A DNA stretch of 64,000 nt, from positions 18,991 through 82,990 of IMG/VR virus record IMGVR_UViG_3300029319_008466; one strand, written 5' to 3'. The notes beneath the pieces are model-generated. The model was not told where the DNA came from. It ran no database searches and was given only the letters and a program-made list of their open reading frames with translations. Below, piece by piece: positions 9,880 through 18,170 of this stretch (positions within the stretch are counted from its first letter, which is position 1; every line of letters starts with the position of its first letter). The stretch is from a virus. The position numbers and the translations under genes are program-made.

Positions 9880-10843
9880 AAAACAAAAAATGTTAATCTG
9901 CGGTGCTACAGGGTTTATAGGGAGAAATTTACTTGAAAGGTATTGCTATGACGAAAAATATTCAGTTCGAGCAGTTTATAACATAAAACCAGCGCTGGAA
10001 CAATACAATGTAGAGTGGGTTCATGCTGATTTAAACAATATTAAAGATGTAAGGCGCGTTTTGCAGGATATCGATATTGTGTTACAGTTTGCGGCAACAA
10101 CATCTGGGGCGAACGATATTATTAATCGTCCGCACATACATGTTACAGATAATGCTGTCATGAATAGTTTGATTTTAAGAGAATGTTACGAACAGCATAT
10201 AAAACACGTTGTTTTTCCAAGCTGTACGGTCATGTACCAACCAGCAGATTATGCTCAAAAAGAATCTGATTGGAATGCACAGGATGAAATATTTCACACC
10301 TATTTTGGAGTTGGAAATACAAAAGTATATATTGAGAAAATGTGTGATTTCTTTTCTAGATTAGGCAGGACTAAACACACAGTGATGAGACATTCAAACA
10401 TGTATGGACCTTATGATAAATATGACTTGGAGCGCTCACATGTTTTTGGCGCAACAGTAACAAAGGTTATGACAAACACAAGTGGCATTCTTAATGTTTG
10501 GGGCACCGGGGAAGGCGCAAGAGACCTGTTGCATGTAGATGATTTAGTTAACTTTATTGATTGCGCTATAGAGAAGCAAGAATCTAATTATGAACTCTTT
10601 AATGTTGGGCTGGGCAAAGCTACAAAAATAATAGATTTAATCAAAAGCATTATTCATCATTCAGGAAAAAACCTGCAAATAGAATATGATTTATCTAAAC
10701 CTACAATACCCACTTCTTTGTTTCTTGATTGTACAAAGGCAAAAGAACTTCTCGGGTGGGAGCCACAAATCTCTATAGATAAGGGAATTGTTAGAACATT
10801 ACAGTGGTATAAAAATAACATTATGGATAAAACAAATGAGTAA
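9872..10843 (+). CDS. Extended SDR, GDP-L-fucose synthase/epimerase-like (atypical)
   Basis: GATGFIG, RHSNMYGPYDKY..SHV and VWGTGEGARDLLHVDD; the YxxxK position reads VGNTK. Confidence 0.8.
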   Translation: MAEKQKMLICGATGFIGRNLLERYCYDEKYSVRAVYNIKPALEQYNVEWVHADLNNIKDVRRVLQDIDIVLQFAATTSGANDIINRPHIHVTDNAVMNSLILRECYEQHIKHVVFPSCTVMYQPADYAQKESDWNAQDEIFHTYFGVGNTKVYIEKMCDFFSRLGRTKHTVMRHSNMYGPYDKYDLERSHVFGATVTKVMTNTSGILNVWGTGEGARDLLHVDDLVNFIDCAIEKQESNYELFNVGLGKATKIIDLIKSIIHHSGKNLQIEYDLSKPTIPTSLFLDCTKAKELLGWEPQISIDKGIVRTLQWYKNNIMDKTNE

Positions 10844-11849
10844 AAAAGTTGCGCTAATTACTGGAATAACGGGAATGGTTGGTTCCCATCTGGTTGATTA
10901 TTTGCTTGACAATACCGATTGGCAAATCCATGGATTTCTAAGATGGAATGATAGGCTTGATAATATAGAACATTTAATTCCCTTAATCAACAAAGAAGAA
11001 AGAATAAAATTATTTTATGGAGATCTTAACGATCTAAGTTCTTTGCTTACTTTGGTCCAGAGTTCTAATCCAGATTATGTTTTTCACTTGGCAGCGCAAA
11101 GTTACCCTCGAACAAGTTTTGATGCACCTTTAGAAACATTAGAAACAAACATCTTAGGTACGGCAAAGTTGTTAGACGCAATTAGAACCCTGGGTAAGAA
11201 TCCGATAATTCACGTCTGTGCCTCATCCGAGGTTTTTGGGCGCGTACCAAAAGAGTTTTTGCCAATTCACGAAGATGTAACTTTCCACCCAGCTTCTCCT
11301 TACGCTATATCTAAAGTTGGAACTGATTTAGTTGGAAGATTTTATGCCGAAGCTTATGATATGACAGTAATGACAACTCGCATGTTTACACATACCGGCC
11401 CACGCCGTGGGGATGTGTTTGCAGAATCAACTTTTGCGAAACAAATAGCCTTAATTGAAAGCGGACTGCTTCCCCCGGTCGTACAAGTTGGCAATTTAGA
11501 TTCAATGAGAACATGGGCTGATGTCAGAGATGCGGTTAGAGCTTATCATCTGCTTGTTACTAAAAATCCAATCCCAGGTGAATACTATAATATTGGCGGT
11601 ACATTTTCTTGCACCATAGGCGATATGTTAAAGTACTTAATAAGCTTGTCCACCGTAGAGCATATAAGGATTAAAACAGACCCTAATCGACTTCGACCAA
11701 TCGATGCAGATCTGCAAATACCTGATACACAAAAATTTACAAACCACACTGGGTGGGTTCCTGAGATTTCTTTTCAAAAAACAATGGAAGACTTGTTAAA
11801 CTACTGGAGAAAGCAGGTAAAAAGCGGGAGAGGGTTCCTTAAGCGATAA
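10836..11849 (+). CDS. gmd: GDP-mannose 4,6-dehydratase family protein
   Basis: ALITGITGMVGSHL, HLAAQS, SSEVFG, PASPYAISK, HTGPRRG and GNLDSMR motifs; start placed at ATG 10836. Confidence 0.8.
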   Translation: MSKKVALITGITGMVGSHLVDYLLDNTDWQIHGFLRWNDRLDNIEHLIPLINKEERIKLFYGDLNDLSSLLTLVQSSNPDYVFHLAAQSYPRTSFDAPLETLETNILGTAKLLDAIRTLGKNPIIHVCASSEVFGRVPKEFLPIHEDVTFHPASPYAISKVGTDLVGRFYAEAYDMTVMTTRMFTHTGPRRGDVFAESTFAKQIALIESGLLPPVVQVGNLDSMRTWADVRDAVRAYHLLVTKNPIPGEYYNIGGTFSCTIGDMLKYLISLSTVEHIRIKTDPNRLRPIDADLQIPDTQKFTNHTGWVPEISFQKTMEDLLNYWRKQVKSGRGFLKR

Positions 11850-12593
11850 ATGAAACAATCAAAGAAAATACTTGTAATTGGTGAAAGCTGTAGAGACATC
11901 TTTAACTACGGTACGTGCAAAAGACTATGCCCAGAGGCACCTGCTCCTATTTTTAATCCACAAAATACAATTGAAAATGGCGGCATGGCTCTAAATGTGT
12001 ACAACAATGTGGCATCCCTATCAGTCGAAGTCGATATTCAGACTAACAAAAATTGGGCAGATATTACAAAAACTAGATTTATAGAAACATCATCAAATCA
12101 TATGTTTATGAGGGTCGATGTTGGTGATCACACATACACTTTAAGTGATATAAAAAATATTAAATATGATGAATACCATGCAATTATTATTTCAGATTAC
12201 AATAAGGGGTATATCAGTGAAGAGCAAATACAAGAAATATCATTAAACCACAATCGTGTTTTCTTAGACACAAAAAAGATTTTAGGAGCTTGGTGTAAAG
12301 ACGTACATTTTATTAAAATTAATGAACAAGAGTATTTAAAAAACAAATATTTCATAACAGAAAACCTTCTTGATAAAACAATAATCACCCTTGGGCCCAA
12401 AGGGGCAAGCTTTAAAAATATTGTGTATCCTGTTGCAAAAGTCGAAATTAGAGACGTTGCTGGCGCAGGAGATTCTTTTATTGCCGGTCTGGTTGTTAAA
12501 TACATTCAAGATGAAAATATAATAGATGCAATAAAATTTGCTAATTCTTGTGCAACCAGGGTGGTTCAAAAACGAGGCGTGAGCATTGTATGA
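11850..12593 (+). CDS. PfkB-family sugar-phosphate kinase (HldE/RfaE domain I-like)
   Basis: RLCPEAPAP, GGMALNV, ISDYNKG and DVAGAGDSF motifs. Confidence 0.85.
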   Translation: MKQSKKILVIGESCRDIFNYGTCKRLCPEAPAPIFNPQNTIENGGMALNVYNNVASLSVEVDIQTNKNWADITKTRFIETSSNHMFMRVDVGDHTYTLSDIKNIKYDEYHAIIISDYNKGYISEEQIQEISLNHNRVFLDTKKILGAWCKDVHFIKINEQEYLKNKYFITENLLDKTIITLGPKGASFKNIVYPVAKVEIRDVAGAGDSFIAGLVVKYIQDENIIDAIKFANSCATRVVQKRGVSIV

Positions 12594-13000
12594 CAACAAT
12601 ATGGACAAACGGCTGTTTTGATGTGTTACATAGGGGGCATATAGAACTATTTAAATATGCAAAATCTTTGGGAACCAAATTGGTCGTCGGTATCGATTCC
12701 GACGATAAAGTGGCAAAAGATAAAGGCAGCAATAGACCTATAAATTACGCTAAAGATAGAAAGTTTATTTTAGAATCTATAAAATATATTGATGAAGTAT
12801 TGATCTTTAAATCAGCCCATGAATTAGAAAATTTAATTAAAAACACAAAACCGGATATAATGATAGTGGGATCCGATTGGAAAAACAAGAACGTTGTGGG
12901 TGAGCAATTTGCTGGAAAACTGCTGTTCTTTGATCGAGTCGGAAATTATTCAACTACAAATATTCTAAAACAAAAAGGAAACAACAACAATGACAAATAA
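12590..13000 (+). CDS. Sugar-phosphate nucleotidyltransferase (HldE/RfaE domain II-like)
   Basis: TNGCFDVLHRGH (HxGH), KG..RPIN, GSDW and STT motifs; ATG 12590 overlaps the upstream stop. Confidence 0.85.
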   Translation: MTTIWTNGCFDVLHRGHIELFKYAKSLGTKLVVGIDSDDKVAKDKGSNRPINYAKDRKFILESIKYIDEVLIFKSAHELENLIKNTKPDIMIVGSDWKNKNVVGEQFAGKLLFFDRVGNYSTTNILKQKGNNNNDK

Positions 13001-13271
13001 TACATTTAAATTATCAGATCAAGCTTTGGGAGCAATTATGATGGCCCTCCAGCATTCTTTGATGAACCAGACAGATATTGTTCCAGTTTTAAAAGATTTT
13101 GATCTTGTAAATACAGCAGACGGCTTGATTGTTCAAGCACCGCCTTCAGTAGTATTTAATGATCCAGACTGTGAAGTTCCAGGTCTTATAGGCGATGGCA
13201 CAGAGGAGAGAAAATCAGGAGGCGAAGTGTTTGCAAACTATCTTAAAGAATTAGAAAAGAGTGGAGTGTAA
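12990..13271 (+). CDS. Hypothetical protein
   Basis: 93 aa ORF with AAGGA SD, overlapping the upstream gene. Confidence 0.6.
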   Translation: MTNNTFKLSDQALGAIMMALQHSLMNQTDIVPVLKDFDLVNTADGLIVQAPPSVVFNDPDCEVPGLIGDGTEERKSGGEVFANYLKELEKSGV

Positions 13272-13281
13272 TTAAAAAAAG

Positions 13282-13557
13282 ATGCCAAAATACATATATA
13301 GATGTATTGAGTGCGATCAGGTATATGAGATCGTCCATGGCTTTAATGAGACTATTGAGTCATGTGGGCAAATCAATGATGAGAGCAAGTGCGATATCGA
13401 ATCACCACTTGAAAGAATACCTCAGAATATAAACTATGCAAAGAAAATAGAACGAAAACCACAAGCAGGTCAAGTGGTTAATGAATTTATAAAGAATACA
13501 AAAAAAGATATTCGAGAGTATAAGAAAGAAATGAAAGACTGGAAGCCCAAAAAATGA
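13282..13557 (+). CDS. FmdB-like zinc-ribbon protein
   Basis: MPKYIYRCIECDQVYE N-terminus plus two later Cys. Confidence 0.65.
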   Translation: MPKYIYRCIECDQVYEIVHGFNETIESCGQINDESKCDIESPLERIPQNINYAKKIERKPQAGQVVNEFIKNTKKDIREYKKEMKDWKPKK

Positions 13558-13871
13558 ATTTTTTATTTTTTACAATTTTGATATTTTCAATAGTACTTAA
13601 CGCTATGCTGATTTGGTATACCAAGAAGTTACTACAAAAATTATCATTTGTATATGACAACATAGAGGCAATGAAAACTTTAAATACGCCTTTCTTAGAA
13701 CATATTCAAGGTCTTAACGAAATGGAGATGTACTATGGAGATCCAACGCTACAAGGGTTATTGGATCATGCAAGTTATATAACAGAGCAATATAGCATAT
13801 TTAGTGAAATATTTGATGAGTTGCAATTTGGGGTAGAAGAAATACAGCAGGAACAGGAAAAAGATGCCTAG
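13554..13871 (+). CDS. Hypothetical membrane-anchored protein
   Basis: N-terminal hydrophobic helix; ATGA overlap with the upstream gene. Confidence 0.6.
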   Translation: MNFLFFTILIFSIVLNAMLIWYTKKLLQKLSFVYDNIEAMKTLNTPFLEHIQGLNEMEMYYGDPTLQGLLDHASYITEQYSIFSEIFDELQFGVEEIQQEQEKDA

Positions 13872-14553
13872 AAAAAAGAAGTCAGGTAGACACTATTTTA
13901 CCAAAGACCACGAAAATGCAATCATACAGTATGTTGCAACAGATGATCAGAAACTAAGAACACAACTTTATATTGACTACATTGGACCAGCATTTAATGA
14001 AATGGTTGATAAGATAGTTTATACATACAAGTTTACCACCCTTCCAAACATAGATGCTCTTAAAGATGAGTGTAAAGTTTGGCTCACAACAATTTTGGAC
14101 AAGTATGACCCAAGCAAGGGGTCTAAAGCATTTTCTTATTTTAGCGTGATTACAAAAAATTGGTTTATTCACAAAGTTAAGAAAAATGCCAAAAGAGCTA
14201 GAGTTGAGGTTCTGTATGACGAGCTACCAAAAGAGATAGAAAATGAGCACATTGTATCTAATAACAAATATCACGAAACCCGCGAGGAGCGAGAGTTTTG
14301 GAAGTTTCTTTGGGTAGAGATGGAAAGCTGGGACACTGGTAACTTAAAAGAAAATGAAAAAAAAGTATTAGAGGCTATTAAAATACTTCTTGACTCAATC
14401 GACGAAGAGGGGATGATTTATAATAAAAAAGCAATATATCTTTATCTACGAGAAATTACCGGTCTTAACACAAAACAGATTGTCAACAATCTTAATAAAC
14501 TTCGTATAAAGTATCGTATATTTAAGAAAAATTGGGTTAATGGCAAAATATAA
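13864..14553 (+). CDS. Phage sigma factor (T4 gp55-like late sigma)
   Basis: HYFT N-terminus and a sigma region-2-like segment LDKYDPSKGSKAFSYFSVITKNWFI; sits at the head of the structural module. Confidence 0.7.
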   Translation: MPRKKKSGRHYFTKDHENAIIQYVATDDQKLRTQLYIDYIGPAFNEMVDKIVYTYKFTTLPNIDALKDECKVWLTTILDKYDPSKGSKAFSYFSVITKNWFIHKVKKNAKRARVEVLYDELPKEIENEHIVSNNKYHETREEREFWKFLWVEMESWDTGNLKENEKKVLEAIKILLDSIDEEGMIYNKKAIYLYLREITGLNTKQIVNNLNKLRIKYRIFKKNWVNGKI

Positions 14554-14565
14554 ACTTCGTCGCTT

Positions 14566-14572
14566 CTAATTA
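14566..14572 (+). promoter_or_regulatory. Putative late promoter motif CTAATTA
   Basis: One copy of the CTA(T/A)TTA motif that recurs in intergenic gaps. Confidence 0.55.
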
Positions 14573-14590
14573 TTATGGAGCACGAATATC

Positions 14591-14878
14591 ATGAAAAAAA
14601 CAGACAACTATCTTGATGAAGCTATTGAAAACATTCGCAAAGATCGCGAGATTACAAAAGAACTGTTAAACGATTTAATAATATATCTAAGCAAAGACGA
14701 AGCACGCCACACGGAAGTCGGCACCGTTGCTGCTAAATATGTTGAAACACTTCAACGATCCAATGAACAGCTTGTAAAAGTTGTTACACTGTTAGAGAAA
14801 AAAAAGAGTACGTCCGTTGGTTTAACTGATGATGATAAGTCGGAAATATTCGACTTGCTAAACGGGGATGCAAACTAA
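14591..14878 (+). CDS. Hypothetical coiled-coil protein
   Basis: 95 aa helical ORF with GGAG SD. Confidence 0.65.
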   Translation: MKKTDNYLDEAIENIRKDREITKELLNDLIIYLSKDEARHTEVGTVAAKYVETLQRSNEQLVKVVTLLEKKKSTSVGLTDDDKSEIFDLLNGDAN

Positions 14879-16212
14879 TGGCAACGTGGCCGACAAAAGC
14901 TTTAATTTTTGAAGATATTATTGATACAATACTTTCGGAACTTGAGCACAATTCCCCACGAACTACATCAAGACATTATGGTTTTCAAGCCAACGAAAGC
15001 ACAGCTTTGCGCGGCTTGGTTAATGAGGTTGAGAGAATAAAAATAAATTCCCGCGCGAGTACAGAATACACCGGAATTGTCTTAGAATATGTAAACAGAG
15101 GACCAGATGGACCAACTCCCTCACGAAGTGCAACAAATTCATCGAAAAACAATCTAAGACCCACTGCTATTCCTTATCGTGTTGCAGCAAGTAATGAAGG
15201 AGACGACAGTTTGGTAGCTAATGCACTATTAAATACTCGTCCGAAATATCCTGAATTTAGAGTATATGTACCCTATTTTGATTTGAAGGTTTCCGGGGCT
15301 CCACCTCAAATAAGAAACAATGTTCTTGTAAATTCTGCAAACTATCGAACATGTGTGATTTTAGATGAAAATTTAATTGGAAAAGCCCCGCCTGTTGGGT
15401 CTCTTGTTAAAGTAAAATATACAAATCCAACCGAACAACAAGGGTTATATCTTTCTTCAATAATTACATCAGACCAGCGTTTTGTGAAAGCAATAACAGC
15501 CCAAATGACAGTCGAAAACACTGCACAAGAAGCATTTGAATGTGAAGGCGCATGCGATGAAGTGCAGCATGCAACCGGTGATCCAATTGGCTCAGAAGCC
15601 GGGTATCCAGAAGAGTTTTATATTAATGGGCACCTTCTTTATCCATTTAGAGAAAACGAGCAAGTTAATTTAATAGTGTTTTATCATGGTATTGGCTATG
15701 GCAACCAAGCCTATGTTTTAAAAAAAATACAAGAAATTGAAGAAGCAAACCCCGACGTTTTTGCCAATAGTATGTTCTTGGTTCCAAATGGATATGCCAC
15801 AAGCCTCAAAGTTGTTAATGGGGTAATTGATACGTTGTCCGAAACTCATAACGTAACAATAAACAATAAAAGCTTAGGGGGCTGGAGCGCCGGTTCGATT
15901 GGCTTTATGACTGCGTATAGTGAAGATGGAAGCTTAGAGGGCACTTGGGATAGGACAATGTTAGCCGATCCATCTCCAGACATAGCTGCTTTTGGTGAAA
16001 ATCAAGAGATTATTCCAAAAAATGTATATATGCTCTATAATCCAGACAACTGGGGTGAGACTGAAAATATGCCCGATCTTTCAAATAGGCAAGAAAAACT
16101 AGCAGAAAACATTAAACAAGCCGGAGGTACAGCCGAGCTTTCGAATGACAGTCATGGCAAAATTTTAACAACTGTATTAAAACAAATTGGACCCACCACT
16201 TCATGGAATTAA
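14878..16212 (+). CDS. Putative baseplate hub protein: gp5/VgrG OB-fold-like N-terminal half fused to an alpha/beta-hydrolase domain
   Basis: FRVYVP and PPVGSLVKVKY (OB-fold-like); C-terminal VFYHGIG, GGWSAGS (GxSxG), LADPS and DSHG. Confidence 0.55.
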   Translation: MATWPTKALIFEDIIDTILSELEHNSPRTTSRHYGFQANESTALRGLVNEVERIKINSRASTEYTGIVLEYVNRGPDGPTPSRSATNSSKNNLRPTAIPYRVAASNEGDDSLVANALLNTRPKYPEFRVYVPYFDLKVSGAPPQIRNNVLVNSANYRTCVILDENLIGKAPPVGSLVKVKYTNPTEQQGLYLSSIITSDQRFVKAITAQMTVENTAQEAFECEGACDEVQHATGDPIGSEAGYPEEFYINGHLLYPFRENEQVNLIVFYHGIGYGNQAYVLKKIQEIEEANPDVFANSMFLVPNGYATSLKVVNGVIDTLSETHNVTINNKSLGGWSAGSIGFMTAYSEDGSLEGTWDRTMLADPSPDIAAFGENQEIIPKNVYMLYNPDNWGETENMPDLSNRQEKLAENIKQAGGTAELSNDSHGKILTTVLKQIGPTTSWN

Positions 16213-16224
16213 AAGGAGAAAAAA

Positions 16225-17181
16225 ATGGGAAACGACCCTAGACCACTAAATCAGCAAGCAACTCCATTGGTGCAAAACTGTCAATCTGGCGAAACACCGG
16301 GACCACAAGCACTGGGCCCTCAAGACGAGATGGCGGCGATGTCTCTGTCACCGGCAGAACATGGGCGCTGGGAGTTGTGGTACAACAAAAGACTAATTGG
16401 GCACACCAATAGAATAATAACAGTCGATGAAAGCACCGGAGCGAAACTTCCTGAAGAAACAGCCGGATTTTTTGATGAAATGAGATTCGCCGCAGCGCAA
16501 GATGGTATCACACTCGGGCTTAAAGATGGCTGGAGAACGATTGGGGCACAAAAATATTATTACAAGGGCTGGACAGCCAAACAAGCTGCCAAAGCAGACG
16601 GTAGTTTTCAATCACGCCAAAACGAAATAATTTCGTATTTCGACCCAGAAGAAAATAGACACTATAGTGGCAAACTAAAGGGATTTAACCCCGCAGCATC
16701 TCCCGGCAGATCAAATCATCATTGGGGCGGCGCAGTCGATATTAAAGCAGGTACGTGGAGAGATACAGGGGGGCATGTATACCAGTGGTTGGTATATAAT
16801 GCTCATAAATATGGCTGGGTACGAACCGTGTGGAACGAAAGGTGGCACTGGGAATATTGGGGAAACTGGGCAGGAGAGCAGGCTAGACCTGAATGGGCAA
16901 AAGGATGGCACACACCCGCTACGATGTTCCAATACGTCCCAGCCGATCACACGTTATATGACGGCGGAGGTAGTACCAAATCACCAATTACCACTGGAAG
17001 ATGGGGTGATCACAGCGACAACCCTTTGGGAGCTAATCACCCAGATAACGCATCCAAGGGAAAAACAAATACTTGGATTGGATATGATGGGAGAAATTTA
17101 GCTGAAGATGTTTTATCTCACCGTTCCGACATGGCGATCTGGGAAGATGGCAGAGTCTATGTTCCCTCGCCTTTTCAATAG
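16225..17181 (+). CDS. M15-family Zn peptidase (VanY-like peptidoglycan hydrolase)
   Basis: GWRT..Q, PGRSNHHWGGAVDI (SxHxxGxAxD) and ERWHWEY (ExWH); AGGAG SD. Confidence 0.85.
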   Translation: MGNDPRPLNQQATPLVQNCQSGETPGPQALGPQDEMAAMSLSPAEHGRWELWYNKRLIGHTNRIITVDESTGAKLPEETAGFFDEMRFAAAQDGITLGLKDGWRTIGAQKYYYKGWTAKQAAKADGSFQSRQNEIISYFDPEENRHYSGKLKGFNPAASPGRSNHHWGGAVDIKAGTWRDTGGHVYQWLVYNAHKYGWVRTVWNERWHWEYWGNWAGEQARPEWAKGWHTPATMFQYVPADHTLYDGGGSTKSPITTGRWGDHSDNPLGANHPDNASKGKTNTWIGYDGRNLAEDVLSHRSDMAIWEDGRVYVPSPFQ

Positions 17182-17197
17182 ATAATCACATTAGCAA

Positions 17198-17204
17198 CTA
17201 TTTA
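17198..17204 (+). promoter_or_regulatory. Putative late promoter motif CTATTTA (5 nt before ATG)
   Basis: Recurrent intergenic motif; no SD between the motif and the start. Confidence 0.55.
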
Positions 17205-17209
17205 AAGAT

Positions 17210-18169
17210 ATGGCAAATACTACAAAAAGTGTGTGTTTAGATGGCTTAGATGAAAGCACTATAAAGGCAGCGGAGCAAAACGAAGAATATCAAAGTGGCA
17301 ACAGGGGAAGAGGTGTCAACGGCGACACTATACTTGAAGCAATTCCCGAACATGATCAAACACCTTGTGAAAAAGTATATAACCACCATAATTCATGGAT
17401 TGTTCTTGGAAGAGATCGCAATGGTGGCAAAAGTAGTGGATATGGTGGAAAAGGGCATACACAAGCACACTCAATCGACATAGTAGTGGGCAAAGGTGGT
17501 CATTGCGGAGATTTTGACGATGGTCAGTTACTTCCTCCAAATTTTGTTGCTGATACTGCTAGAATTTATATAAGCCAAAAGACAGATATTGATGAATACT
17601 TTGGAATCAATGCTGGTCAAATGGGACAGTCTGTTGCCAAGTCCGGCATAGGAATTAAAGCAGATGCTGTTCGAATTGTCGGCACCGAGGGTATAAAACT
17701 TGTTACAAGAACTGAATCTCAAAATTCAAAAAATGGATTTGCTCCATATAATGGAATAGAAATTATTGCGGGCAACGATGACTCTTCGTTACAGTCCATG
17801 GTTAAGGGCGATGACTTGCTCGAATGTCTAAAGGAACTAGAACAAAGAATAAATGATATATCCGATTATCTTACGCAATTCGCAGATGCACAAATAGAAT
17901 TTAATGCTAAAGTAAAAGATCACACTCATCCCTTAAACGGATCCGCAATAGACCCCCTTTCTGGGCTAATTCCTATCGATCCAACATCTACTGCAAAATC
18001 TTCTTTAAATCTTAGAACGCCTGCCGCAATTGCGAACTCAAAAATAAACAATATGTCACTCGATCTATATAATGCTCATCGACCAAATTTAAACGTGTTT
18101 TGGCGCAACAAATATTTAAGCTCTGCCGGAGATAATTATATACTAAGCCGATACAATAAGGTGAATTAA
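17210..18169 (+). CDS. Putative baseplate central spike protein (gp5 C-terminal-like)
   Basis: Short beta-strand repeats (WIVLGRDR, IDIVVG, RIYISQ, IGIKADAVRIVG) and a C-terminal DHTHP HxH metal-tip motif; located upstream of gp25/gp6. Confidence 0.55.
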   Translation: MANTTKSVCLDGLDESTIKAAEQNEEYQSGNRGRGVNGDTILEAIPEHDQTPCEKVYNHHNSWIVLGRDRNGGKSSGYGGKGHTQAHSIDIVVGKGGHCGDFDDGQLLPPNFVADTARIYISQKTDIDEYFGINAGQMGQSVAKSGIGIKADAVRIVGTEGIKLVTRTESQNSKNGFAPYNGIEIIAGNDDSSLQSMVKGDDLLECLKELEQRINDISDYLTQFADAQIEFNAKVKDHTHPLNGSAIDPLSGLIPIDPTSTAKSSLNLRTPAAIANSKINNMSLDLYNAHRPNLNVFWRNKYLSSAGDNYILSRYNKVN

Positions 18170-18170
18170 G

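Noticed and set aside
1-13300. Host O-antigen locus next to a prophage boundary
   Set aside because: No integrase, att/tRNA or wzx/wzy, and genes overlap continuously into phage genes; not fully excluded without flanking data
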